DNA from: Octopus sinensis
Taxonomy: Eukaryota
Assembly: GCF_006345805.1 (NCBI RefSeq)
Contig: NC_042997.1
Coordinates: forward strand, 88,226,001 to 88,290,000
Length of the DNA: 64,000 bases
Direction of reading: 5' to 3'
Positions 37,613-50,180 of this stretch are shown piece after piece. A program made the translations under genes and the position numbers. The first letter of the stretch is position 1, and every line of letters begins with the position of its first letter. Under the pieces are notes generated by a model that worked only from the letters and a program-made list of their open reading frames with translations, did not search any database and was not told the origin of the DNA.

Positions 37613-40600
37613 TACACACACACACACACAGACATCATTAACTGCATACAAAAGAAAGACATGAAGTCACTCACCAACATTCTTCATCATCTGGCCCACA
37701 AACATTGTTGTCTTCTCTCACTAATGTTTCTGTTACTACTATAGTGGCTTCTGCTCCTTGGAGACTAGTGGGAGGAGGAATTAAAGTGTTCCCAAAGCAG
37801 AGAATTGATCCAGATGCTTTTAACAGAATGGACTTGTACCATCTTCACTCATCTCTTCTGTCATCACCCATATTTTCCTGCAACCATCAATTTGCTAGTG
37901 TTCAAGAACAATGTTAACTGCTTCAGTTTCGCCAATTTTGGAGAGCCAGCAATGGCTATAAATTTAATTTCTTCTAACAGAATGATGAAATTTTTGTTAA
38001 AAATTAAAATTTACAGAAATTCCAAGTTATGTAAGTTTGGATTTATTGATAATGTAAAATTGAAAAGTCAGTTATATCTAATGAAAACAGGAAGATTGAT
38101 ACTACAACAATTTGTGTCTCACAATCATGCCTAATTAGTGTCACATTCATTTGGCATTTGAGAGTTTAGTGCTATAAGTCTAAAGGGATACAGTTATATC
38201 AGAATTTAGGAGCAAGCATAGCTGTATAGTTTAAAAAAGTTACTTTGCAACCACATAACTCTGCTATCAATCCTTTTGACTTGCAACTTGGAAAACCAAT
38301 ACTGTATAGTGAGATTTAGTAGACAGAAATGTGCTAAAAGACACTGTGTGTGTGTTTGTGTGTGTGTGTATGCATGCACATGTGTGTGTATGCATGCACA
38401 TGTGGGTGCATGCACTTGTATATGTGTGTGCATGCATGTGTTTGTAAAGAATAACCAATAAATCAATGCATTGAACACCTTGTAGTATATATTCTTTTTA
38501 AGTTACATCCATTTGCACAGAAGGAGGATTTAGCCACTCAATAAATAGATATTGATAAATTAAATACCAGACAAAGTATTGGGGTCAACCTAATCAACTA
38601 AAATGCTTGTAGGTGATGCCCTAACATGGACACAGCCTAAAGTCAGAAACATTAGAATAATGAAGGAGTGTCATGTACATTAAATACACTTTCACACTTT
38701 GAACTGTTTGGTTATCATTCTTTAGTGTTTCAAATATTGTTAGCTTGTTAGCCTTTGTTAAATCTACATTTGCGACTATACAATTTGGTCTATTATCTAA
38801 AAGTTGTATCATTATGCTACCTTTGTAAATCACGTTACAGGTTGCTTTAAGAGCCTTCAGGTAAACCAGCAGTAAATTCTGAAACCAACAATTTCATTGT
38901 TATTCATGTAACTGAATATCTTTTACATATCTCTAATATGCTATAACAAGATAAATAGCCACATGTTTTAGCACGCTAATAGATGACAATATTATGTGTT
39001 GTGTGCTTGATGATGATTAGTGCATGTTGTTGTTTTTTTAAGATTTTGGGGGAACAACCAACCAAATGTTGATGTACTATTGACTAATCATATTTCAATA
39101 TGTTTGCAAATATTTCAGCTTATATACTGTCATACTGTTTCCTTTATTTCAATTATTTGAACAATTGAAAATGTGAAACTAAAAGTTATGAGTCAAGAAG
39201 TTTTAACTTTTTATAAAATACAGCTTAATGTATATAGTTATGTTATAAATATTAAGATACTTCTATACACTGAACTTTTTTTAGTTGTTGTTTGCATTGT
39301 TGTCACTGCCGCTATAGTTGTTTAGCTCTATGTTGGCTCTGCTAAAGCAGACATGTGATCAAAGGCATTTCAGTTGTGACAATCCCATCTTTTTCCCAGG
39401 CACTATGCACTGAGACCTCACTATCCAATGTGTTTCTTTCTAATACAGTAGGTGTGATTAGAAGATATTTGGTTGCTATTACTACCAGCTCTAACAACAT
39501 TCAGTTTAGCAAGCCACTGGAGTTCATATCTTGTCACTAGTGGTGTGCATATGAATGTGACAAGATTTAAACCATCATCTTTTCTGCCAGTAGGAAGTTA
39601 ACATATTAACTCGTCTAGCTAGTATTTTAATCGCTCTTAAATCCAAATCAAATTTATCAGTAGTGTATCAATAAATTGTTTTGTATCAAAGACTCTATCA
39701 AATAGTAATTTTTCTTGTAAGATATACAACAATGAATGACTATAAGTGTGGTTATTCTTTGAATTCATGAAATAAATCAAAACATTTACTTGGCTTCACC
39801 TGATCAGAAGTATGTTATCAATAGATGACCAGCCCTAATGATTTTTTTTAAATGTTTGTAACTCCTGAGTTTTCAAAGTACTCATCTATCTAAAAACTTA
39901 TCAGACTTTGACATTATTAAGTTTTCTTAGTCTTGTTCTTAATTATTTATTCAATATTTTTGGAGGCCCACCCAGGTAGGTAATATTGATGCAGTTGTTG
40001 ATCCACTTGATATACTAAAACTTAAATGCTCCTGCATTGGATAATGCATGAGGAATTCAAAGTTGTCTTGCAGGATTGGTCAACAGCTACCCTCTGTGCA
40101 TCATTTCATTATAGGTTTACCAGGTCCCTGTTGATTGTCTGATTCCAATTCATCTTGGGTTAGGGTTAGGGTTCCTTGTGCAGTTGCCCTTAAAGGTTCT
40201 ACTTAAGGACTTGATTGGTGAGTCTGTTTGTCAGGAGTGTTACATGTCCTCAGTTGGCACTTGCAGATAGTGATGGTCATTGGGTGTTTTTCTTATGATT
40301 TCATTGCTAATGAAGTTGTTTTATTTGATACACAGTATTTTTTAAAATTCATTGTTGAAATTGTTCCTCTAGAACTGGTGATTGTGCAGGAAACATGGGT
40401 TATCTGAGAAGGATGTAACTCAAGGCAAAAAGAGATTAGGCAAAGTATTAAGTGCTGGATCTGGATATAAGGCACTTGAAGTATAATGAAACTTGCTGGA
40501 CATGGGCAAGGACAGAGGTGGTGTACAGCTTGCTAATTCAGAAGTGCAGAAGCTGTTATTGCAGTAGTATCAGGACAGGATGAGAACCAGTATCTTCATA

Positions 40601-42601
40601 CTTATACTATTGTATATTCTTAGGAAAGTACTACCTCATATCTCTTGTCAGATTATAATCAATTCGTTAAAATGCTATGGATTGATTAATATAAGAAGGG
40701 AAATGTAAACATAGTACTGCATGGAACTATTACTTAAATCAATAACTGACATCTATCTTGATGTTACCCATTATATTTCATTAATAATTAGTTCTATAAC
40801 ATTAAACAAGAGATATTGGTCTCATGTGTGATATTTATTCTGAATTGTTTCCTTTTGGATATCATGCCACTTTACTTAGATACCTTTTCATTAGCTAAAG
40901 TGTTAGTTGATTTTTAATCTACAAGTAACTATAGTTGACAGTCATGTGAGATTGCTAGAACAGTGGAACTCCACCTTCACCCTCAACATTAATTAATATT
41001 ATTGCAACCAATAACCTTAAAATACAGTAATTAGTAAGATATTAATTACAAAACTATAAATTTTCATCGATACAGTTGTCATCTGTACATAAGTAACATG
41101 TCAAATATAAAAGCAGATAACGATAGGCCAGTAACAATAATTAACAAATTGTAGAAGTGATGAAGTAGCTAGTATTTAGTTTCACCCCATGGATAGTGGA
41201 CAGTTTAATAAGTATCAAACATGCACTTAAGCTGATTCAATTAGCTATATCCCCTTCCACACAATTTATGGTTTTCTGTCACATTGGGAAATCTTTAATC
41301 ACCAACTACAGTTTGAATTTTGTAGGTTAAGACAGCTGACATCTCTCACTTGCAGTATTTTCTTCATATTCCAGCTGAGGGGAAAAAAGTATTTTTTAAC
41401 TATGCAAACCTTAACTGCAGTTAAAACAAGGCTTAAAGGGGAATTATCCAAGCAACAAATTGGCTGAGACATTAGAATGTTAGATAGAATGCATTTCAAT
41501 GTTTGTTCACACTCACTGTGCTCTGAATTCAAGTCCTGCCAAAGCCAACTTTTTCCTTATTCCTTTCATTGTTGATAAATAAAAATATCAAGTCAGGTCA
41601 TAACTGACAGAACAAGGATGAGATGCCTTGAAGTATCTGTGCAGGATCTTTGTATTTAGCTTCCACTTACTATCAGTAATCTCCCTATGGAAGAATGAGG
41701 CTTCTTGAACCTTGGTAATGGTAGTAAACTTCTTGCATCAAATGGGACATACATCAATTGAAGCAAGTTCAATGCAAATAAAAAAAAAACATAAATAGAA
41801 CAAATACTAGGACAGAAAAAATTGCCAGAAATGAGGCTGCTAAATCCAAAATCTCTATCTACAATAATATATCAGTACAATTAATAATTTCTAACATTCA
41901 ATAATAATAATAATTTCTAATGTTGTTAGTGCTAATAGCAATAAATAGTTTTAATCATCAGGAAAAAGTTTGTATATTTCCATTATAATAAATGTCTTTT
42001 GTGAAAGATTCTTTTTAAGAAACATTTTCACCTTCACAAAATGTTATATAATGAAATAAAAGATAAATAAAATCTTTTTTCTTTAAACAAACCATGAAAA
42101 CTGTCAACTTTTAAGCAATTAAGCTGCTAATTACACATCCTATTTTGCAAATTTCTTTCTATGACGGGGTTTGTAAATTTAAATATTTGTATTATATGAA
42201 TTTGCTTTGAATGGTTTTGTTTTAAGAAAAGGATATAATTAATTGTTAAGTAAAAAATGGTTGGATTATTTTGTGTATTTTATTTAATATTATGGTTTTT
42301 CTAAGAATAATTGGAGAATGAATGTTCATCCTATTATAAATCATTCAACTGTGAAGTCAGAGTGGAATCTTGTTTTTACACTGGCCAGACAAAAGCAAGC
42401 AAAGTTATGTGCGTTAAAATAAAATGTTCATTTTATAAACATCATACATCCATTGAAATAAAAATTGACATTTTGATTTCTGTTGAGACAAATCTTCCTC
42501 AGAATAGGCTGCCAGTTTCTTGTAGTTAAGTCTTGTATCTATGCCTAAAAGCTAAGTACACTGAAGCAAATAGAAAAAATTGCTTGCTCAAAGACATAAC
42601 C

Positions 42602-42845
42602 AAACTAAGAATAATTGTGTATATAGTGGATATATTGTAGGAAAAAATAGAGTGATGAGAGAAAAAATATCATTGGGAATTGTACTGTGTTAATTGGTAT
42701 CATGAAGGTGAGAAAAGTAACAGCAGTGTATGTTTGTGTATGATGTGTAGTGTGCGTATTTGTATTCATCTTCAATTTTATGCAGTAGAGCTGGAAAAAA
42801 TGATGAAGTGTGTGTATCTTGTGAAGTATGCATATGTTATATCAA
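42602..42845 (+). repeat. Direct repeat, copy 1 (copy 2 at about 45128-45370)
   Basis: Both copies share AAACTAAGAATAAT..GAGAGAAAAAATAT..CTGTGTTAATTGGTATCATGAAGGTGAGAAA..GATGAAGTGTGT.TATCTT. Confidence 0.85.
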
Positions 42846-43164
42846 AATACTTGCTGTGGATTTGGAACTCATAAACCCTGAGTTAATTAATGAATTGTAG
42901 GGACACTATATTTTGTTATGCAAACCAAAGTATATCAAACACTTTTATATGTCAAAACTGTGTTCTACTGTATTAGCAATGCCATTAAATCAATTGTTAA
43001 GGTTATCTCTTGTTCATAACAAATCAGTGCTGGCTATAATTTGTATAGAAAATCTATAAAGAAAGATAGCCTTAATACCTGAGTTAATTGTCAAATACCA
43101 TATATATAGTCTTTTCGCCTCTGCTTTATGTGTTTAATTTAAGGCTAAAATGCAGTTTCTGTGC

Positions 43165-43940
43165 ATTCCATTTGGTCAGAAGTTTAACATTTGAAATTGA
43201 AGCAGGTGTTCTGCAGGGTGACACACTCACTCCTTTTTTATTCATCATTGTTCTTGACTATGTTCTACATATTTTCCTAGATGGTATGGAAGAAAAGGGA
43301 CTCTTTTTGAAACCCCACCAGAGCAGTCAGCATTGTGCACAATATTTAACTGATCTTGACTTTGCTGACAATCTTGCCTTGATATCCCATTGTATTAAAG
43401 ATGCAGAATCTTTGTTACAAGCACTGGAGAAAGCAACAGACCAGGTTGGCCTTTACTGCAATGAGAGTAAGACAGATTTGATCACAACCTCTTCCAAGTT
43501 AACTGAACTTAAATCACCCAATAATATATCAATCAAAAACGTTGATGACTTTAAATATCTTGGATCACACATAGCAGACTCCCAAAAGGACTTTAACATC
43601 CACAAAGCTCTTGCTTGGGATGCATGTAACAGACTTGATAAGATCTGGCACTCAAACCTTCCCCCCACATTAAAAGTTAAATATCTAAAACACTGACTGA
43701 GCCGGTCCTTCTCTATGGATCGGAGACCTGGATCTTATTGGCTCTCTTAGAAAAACAACTAGGTGAAACATAGCAGCCTGCTTCTCCAGGAAACTGACAT
43801 TTCCAGATACCATATCTTGAGACTCAAGGCTGGATATTAGAGATCTGAACACAACAATGCAGGACCGTGTAGTGTGGAAAGGGATTGTCAATGGAGTTCT
43901 GATCAACCATAGGTTGGTTGAAGGATGATGAAGATGAACA
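43165..43940 (+). pseudogene. 5'-truncated RTE-clade LINE RT fragment (second RTE family)
   Basis: Open frame GVLQGDTLTPFLFIIVLDYVL..LTDLDFADNLAL..GLYCNESKT..DFKYLGSHI..RLDKIW. The catalytic FADD reads FADN, the 3' part is internally deleted, and the element ends in a GATGATGAAGATG tail. Confidence 0.9.
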
Positions 43941-43964
43941 TTTTAAACTTACTGCCATTGTATC

Positions 43965-44230
43965 TCTCTTATTCTTTATCTCTTACTTGTTTCAGTCATT
44001 GAACTGCAACCATGGTGGGCTACACCTTGAAGTTCAGTTGGAACAATCAACTACAGTATTTATTTTTAAGTCTGATATTTTATTGGTCTCTTTTACCAAA
44101 CTGCTAAGTTAAAGAGACAAGACAGCACTGGTTGTCAAGTGGAGGTGGAGGCGACAAACACACACATGCACACAGATAAATAGATATGACAAGCTTCCAC
44201 AAATTCTATTTCCTGCAATAAAACAGTTAA
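43965..44230 (-). mobile_element. Family B SINE (another 3' end at 46400-46560 on -)
   Basis: CTTACTTGTTTCAGTCATTGAACTGCAACCATG..CTGCTAAGTTA..CACTGGTTGTCAAG..ACAAACACACAC is the reverse complement of the family B body and 3' end. Confidence 0.7.
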
Positions 44231-46974
44231 TATAGACTAAACTAAGAAAAACCAACTATAACAAATACATAAAGTTTTCTTAAGAGAAATCGAAATTGGT
44301 TAGGAAATTGATTTCTGTGTTTCCTGACATCAGGAAACTGTTTGTAATCTGATGTTTGCCAGTATTATCAAAGTGCAGACATGGCCATTTGGTTATGAAG
44401 TTCACAATTATATGGTTCCAGCTTTGATCTCACCTACAGCATCTTATTTTCTATCAGAGATTTGAGTCAATCAAGACTTGTGAAGAAAATTGAGCTGATA
44501 GAATGGATTACACCTGTTCTTTGGTGAGAGACTTAATCCATCACTCAGTTTAAGACCACCACCTGGCCCTTGAATGCTAAAAGCATCCTAAGGTCAGGTG
44601 TCCTCTCTTTTGCAAGAATTTGGACCAGGTCTCCATTGTGAAGCAATTCAGTATCTTGATGTTCTGCTTCCTTCTCCAGAAACCCACGTGTTATTTCTTG
44701 CCCCTTTCTTCTATCAGTATCAGAGACCTGCCATGGGTCAGGAGAGCTACCTGCTCTTCTTCCTTTGACTGAGCCACAAAAAAGAAAAAGAGATAAAAAA
44801 CACCCACAGTTTCCTTGGTTCCCCTCTCGCAAACCTTAGAATATCCTTAGTTTCTAAAACTCATTTTCATCACTGGTTACACCTGTATTGTTATTGTTTC
44901 TCTAATTATTTCAACCCATAACTAAGCGAGAGCTCGGGTGTAGGGAGAAAATCATTGTAACTACAAGTAAACAAAATTAGAATTTTCTAAGTGAAAGAAG
45001 TTTTTATATGTATTTGTTTGTGGATTATGGTTTTCTTGTATTATTAATGAAGTCAAAATTACAACTAATGAAGATCTGTCAGCAAGCTAGAAATAAATGT
45101 GGCTAAGATAATCAGGTGAACAAAACAAAACTAAGAATAATAGTTTACATCATGAATATAATGGAAAAAGAAAATATAGTGAGGAGAGAAAAAATATTAT
45201 TAGAAACTGTGCTGTGTTAATTGGTATCATGAAGGTGAGAAAGGTAGGTGTGTGTGTGTGTTATTTGTATGCATCTTGAGCTTTGTGTATACTGTATAAT
45301 TTAATGAAGGGGAACAGGAAAAGATGATGAAGTGTGTTTATCTTTTGTAGTATGTGTTATATATGTTATACTAATATGAGAATATAAAACATGCATACCT
45401 TTTCTATTTTTTTACTGTACTATGTGGAAAGAGACTAACTAACACTCATGTTTACTGTAATTATCACAAAAAATCTGTTTACAAAATAAATTGTCATCAA
45501 ACTGTTGCCTACATATTATATACAGGCTACTATATGGTACCCAACATAGCATGGCCAGAAAGCTACAGTGTACCTAGCACATGGCCAGGAATTCACCCAG
45601 TACACATTATAATCAAATCACTAAATTGTATATGTTTTAGTTCAGTAAGATAAGGCAGTGCTCTTAAACAGATCTGTGAAGTCAGTGCTGTTGATAATCA
45701 GGTTGAAATGCTACAGATTGTTACATGTATCGAAAAGATGAACGGAAGTAGTTCACATGGACAGAAGTACTGTGAATAGAGTTTGAGGTGAATTGTTTGG
45801 TGATTGGTTTGGGGTTGTCACAGTAAGCATGATGAGAGGAGAGGGGACTGGTGAATTAGATGAACTTCTTGGTTCAGAGGAATAACAACCATTGAGAGTG
45901 TGGGCGGGTGCAGTCTATTGGTGTACAAAAAGTTATAGCATTTTAGTGAGAAAATGGTTTCCAAACAATTAGATGGTTTTCTTTTGCATGTTGTATTTGT
46001 ATATGTTGCAGCTGCTCTATCCTAAATATGTGAACAGTTATCTATTGTAAGGTATAGTACATTTATCTATTGTATTGTGTCAGCAGCTGTTCTATGCTTA
46101 AGGAATTGCTGTCAATAAAGAAAGTGTACATATCTATGTTACCGTTTTTACTATTTATTTACAATTTTTATCATATTTTAAGAAAAAGAAAAAAAAAACA
46201 GTGATATTGAACTATGATACCCAGTAAAGGTTATTAGTTCAGATGGGATTTCATCTGAGGTGACTGGTTTAATAATAACCTAATATTCATCTTGATTTGA
46301 AACAACTCACAGCATATGTAACAGTTGCATAGAAAGATTTAAGAAAATCACTTAAACACATGGATCAGTTGAGAGTGTTGAGATTTCTGCATCATTCCTA
46401 CATCTTTTATATTTTACCTTTTACTTGTTTCAGCCATTGGACTGTAGCCATACTGGGGCACCACCTTGAAGGGTTTAGTAAACAAATTGATCCCAGTATT
46501 GCTAATATAATTTTTTTGAAATTGATTATAAGAACCTATGTTAATAATAATTTGGGGTCCATATCCCTGAACCATTTGTGTCAATGTTGTAGTCATGACA
46601 ACTTTTCAGTGACACTACATTGAAGCCTTGCATTTGTAAAGTGTATAAAGGTTTTAGTTGTCAGTTTTCAATAAAGAGGAGAGAGAGAATTTACTGTTGT
46701 ATGTTTCCTTTACATGCGTAGGGATTGTTACTCTATTATAGGTGTTGTAATAGCTTTTTTTTATTAGTCAGCCAACTTTGATTAAACAGGTTTATGATAA
46801 AAATCATTCTAACCAGGACCATCCAATGGTTTTTCTGGCATAATATATCTAAGACTAAGTATGGTTTAAGAGAGATTTTGTTGCTACTTCTAGCCAGTCA
46901 AGAAGTTCTTTTGTTGCTTCATAGTAACAATGTCTATTTACTTTTGTCCAAATCCTTCTCCATAATATCCCCCC

Positions 46975-47006
<32 letters not shown>

Positions 47007-49649
47007 AACAAACAACTTTTTTTCTTTTCCCTTGACATAAGTTTCCCAATTGCTATCACTGCAATGGTTTCAGGCATAAATTTGAACAGATTTCTATGCC
47101 ACTGGAAGACTTGTGTACTTATATATTGTACACTGCCCTTCATATCTTCTACAGTATACAAACTTATCCAAATTTATGAACTTTAGGGAAACGTTTTCTG
47201 ATGCTGACCATCACTAGTTTTCTCAAACTCTGGTTTTTATTTCTATCCAAGATGTACTAGTTTATTTACATTTGCTTTCTCCTTTTAATTTTTTTTAATA
47301 AAATGTTTCTTTCACTCATATTTCTTACTTTGCATTTATCAACTAATACAGTAGTAAAAATACTGTACAATGAACACTACTTGGCAAAGTTTCAGGATAA
47401 GCACTACTCCCATAACATTTTTCTTCTTTTTATTTTTTTAGAACCTTTTCTTCTTTTGAATTTATATGTTTTAAACATTAGAGATTATAATTCTGCCAGA
47501 AGTTTTTTCTTTTCAAATTTCAGTTATTTCTATTTTTTTGCCACCTTCCCTATTCTCCATTTTGAAGTTCTTATGTGACCATGACTTTTCACTCATTAGA
47601 AACTTTTTCAAATATTCTTTTCTAAATTGTAAATTTTAAACTTAAGAGATTATGTTTCTGAAAAAAAAAGACCCTGAATTAAATTTTTCAGATAAAAATA
47701 AGAATAAAAGAGTTACAGGGCTTACATCAAAACATTGCCTAGCAATGAAATATCTGTTTCTTATTCACTACACCTATTTTATTTATGTAATAAATGTATT
47801 ATTTTTTTTAAAGTTCCTAAAGCAATGGAAAATTGACAATAAAAGCATCTAAAATCCCCAAGATGCCTATTATTTTGAAAGTTTGCTGTAACTCACCCCA
47901 CGAATCAGTGGAGCTTAAAAAATATATTAGCTGAGAAAAAGCATAAGAAAATATAACAACTTTCATATTATATTCAAAGTATAAGTTGTTAAGTCAAAAA
48001 CACATACACTACATAAAAATAATGCTGATCAAAATCACCACAATCTTAAAGCCCAACAAAATATATAAAAAAGTGTAGTAGTATAATACAAATCCATTAA
48101 TTTCCTATGCACACCCTCAACAATTTTAGAAAAACTCACTTAGTGTCTCTAATCACACATTTCTCTCTCCAAATCACAGCACAAATTCAGATCTCTACTC
48201 ACAAATCTTACACAAAAATATAAGATGGCTTCAACTACAAAAATAAAAAAAAGTACCATTTCAACTACTACTGATACCAGTAAATCTCTAGATTATATCC
48301 CTTGTTATTCACTTAAACCTAAAATACTCAACACTTTAACAAATAACAGAAAATTGGCTTGTAAGCTACTTGTGTATTAAAAATCAAGAAACAGTCTATA
48401 ATCTGCAATTTCCTGAATGTAATAACACAAGGATCTATCTTCCTACTTGTCTCTTTACTGCTAACACAAACTTCTCATACCATTTCAAAACAAACACAGA
48501 GTCCCATATGTAGATAATATCAGTCACACTTACCAAGACTTCCCAAATTCAGCTGTACAACTTGTCCAACCCACTAGCAACCACCTAGAAATTTGGTTCC
48601 AGGAGGCATCACTCTTATAGCAGCACCTATCAAATGCAATGAATTCTTTTATAACAGTTACACCATCACTCAACAACAAACACTAAATATACAAAAGAAA
48701 AAACAACTAGGAATTTAAAATTTTCAATTTTTTTTTCATTCAAGACTGATTTGAGGCTACACAACAACAAACACACAAAATGAACAAAGTACAACATGCA
48801 CATAAAATGGAAATAAGTACAACTTACTTACACTTCCACACTGCTCCTCATACAATCAAACACTGTATGCAAGTATGCGGTAGGGCCTCTAACAAAATGG
48901 GAGTATAACATATCCAGAACTTTTGATCAGTGGATAACAACTGCTCATTTGACCAACTACTTACATACCATAATTTGCTCAAACAAGAATGTCTTGGAGC
49001 TAGACAGCAACAACTGTGTAAATGTGCCTCTTATTTTAAACTTTGGAACTCTGTTGAACAGGTTCATTGACTTATTACCTTATTTCTGGTAGTAAAATTA
49101 AGCTAGAGTTTTGGGATGTTGAATAATTAAAACACTTTCACAGAAATGCTTTGGTGAGATCAACAACCAGCCTGTAACAATTCAAATTAAACATTAACAG
49201 TACTAACTGTTATGTCTCCATATGAGAGAGAGCCCAGAAAGGTTATGCGTATTGTTCCTTGTTTCTAGATCCAACATGATACCCGGTTCGGTACTACCAT
49301 TTAAAACAAATATGAACTATGTTCAGTTAGTTGGCCGGTTTTCCTTTCTATACAGCAACATTTGTAGACTTTGGTCCAACTTAGTTGAGGTTCTTGGTGA
49401 TACATGTGAACCAGTATGCCATGGGGGGGAGGGTCGTTAGGCAGTGTTTGAATAAATATGTATGACAGGAAGGATGGGAATAGATAAAGAATCTGGGTTG
49501 AGCATATGGAGTGGGGAGATGTCTGTCAGTAAGTTACACAGATTATAAAAATGTCTGAAGGAGTAACAGATGAATTCAAAGCAGAATTCAAAGGGAAGAG
49601 GCAAGTTCTAATGGGACGTGTCAGAAACGCCATAAGACAGTGATAACAC

Positions 49650-50180
49650 AAATACAAAGACACACACACATAGATGTATATGTATGTATATATACAACAG
49701 GCTCCTTTCAGTTTCCACGTACCAAATCTATTCACAAGGCTTTGGTCAGCCCAAAGCTATAATAGAAGACACTTGCCTAGGGTGCCACACAGTAGGACTG
49801 AACCTGGAACCATACGGTTGGAAAGCAAGCTTCTTTTCTGTTATGGACCCAGATTTTCCAAGGCCGCCAAGAGCACACCAGATGCCACCCAAGATGCAGC
49901 ACTCTACAGGCACCATATCCGTATCTCCGGACAAGCCGATTCCACAGATGCGGTCCTTTACGAAGAGAGAACTCTTCCCGGGGATCCCAGCAACGTCTCC
50001 AGGCTTACTTGCATTGCTGCTGCTTCACCCAGCCACCGGCTTCGACAACAGATGCGCTGCTAGGAGCACGCTGCATTCCCACCACTGGACAAGTACTCTT
50101 TGAGTTTGGGTTCAGGAATATTAACCCAATTCCCTTTCAATGCAAGGCCATTTCTTACCACACAACCATGCCTGCACCTA
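49650..50180 (-). mobile_element. Family B SINE 5' half, interrupted by a 28S rRNA fragment
   Basis: The minus strand reads TAGGTGCAGGCATGGTTGTGTGGT-AAGAA-[316 bp]-AAGAA-GCTTGCTTTCCAACCGTATGGTTCCAGGTTCAGTCCTACTGTGTGGCACCCTAGGCAAGTGTCTTCT. Removing the insert restores a contiguous SINE head. Confidence 0.88.
49836..50151 (-). pseudogene. 28S (LSU) rRNA pseudogene fragment, D7 region, with CpG decay
   Basis: The minus strand contains TGAAAGGGAATTGGGTTAATATTCCTGAACC (28S CGAAAGGGAATCGGGTTAATATTCCCGAACC), CCCCGGGAAGAGTTCTCT, GGAATCGGCTTGTCCGGAGATA and GCATCTGGTGTGCTC..GGCCTTGGAAAATCTGGG (28S GCGTCCGGTGAGCTC..GCCCTTGAAAATCCGGG). Confidence 0.93.

Noticed and set aside
40157-40173. GGGTTAGGGTTAGGGTT telomere-like sequence
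   Set aside because: Only about two TTAGGG units, too short to call an interstitial telomeric repeat.
44545-44832. 95-aa minus-strand ORF preceded by a pyrimidine-rich acceptor-like tract
   Set aside because: The sequence is a copy of dispersed repeat family D (also at 37455-37612) and has no recognisable protein motif.
49674-50103. 129- and 139-aa + strand ORFs
   Set aside because: Antisense readings of the GC-rich 28S fragment and SINE.
49836-50151. Interpretation as a functional rRNA gene, or as a 28S-SINE template-switch chimera
   Set aside because: It is only 316 bp and CpG-decayed. The SINE's own 5' head lies on the far side with a duplicated AAGAA, so the fragment inserted into a pre-existing SINE.
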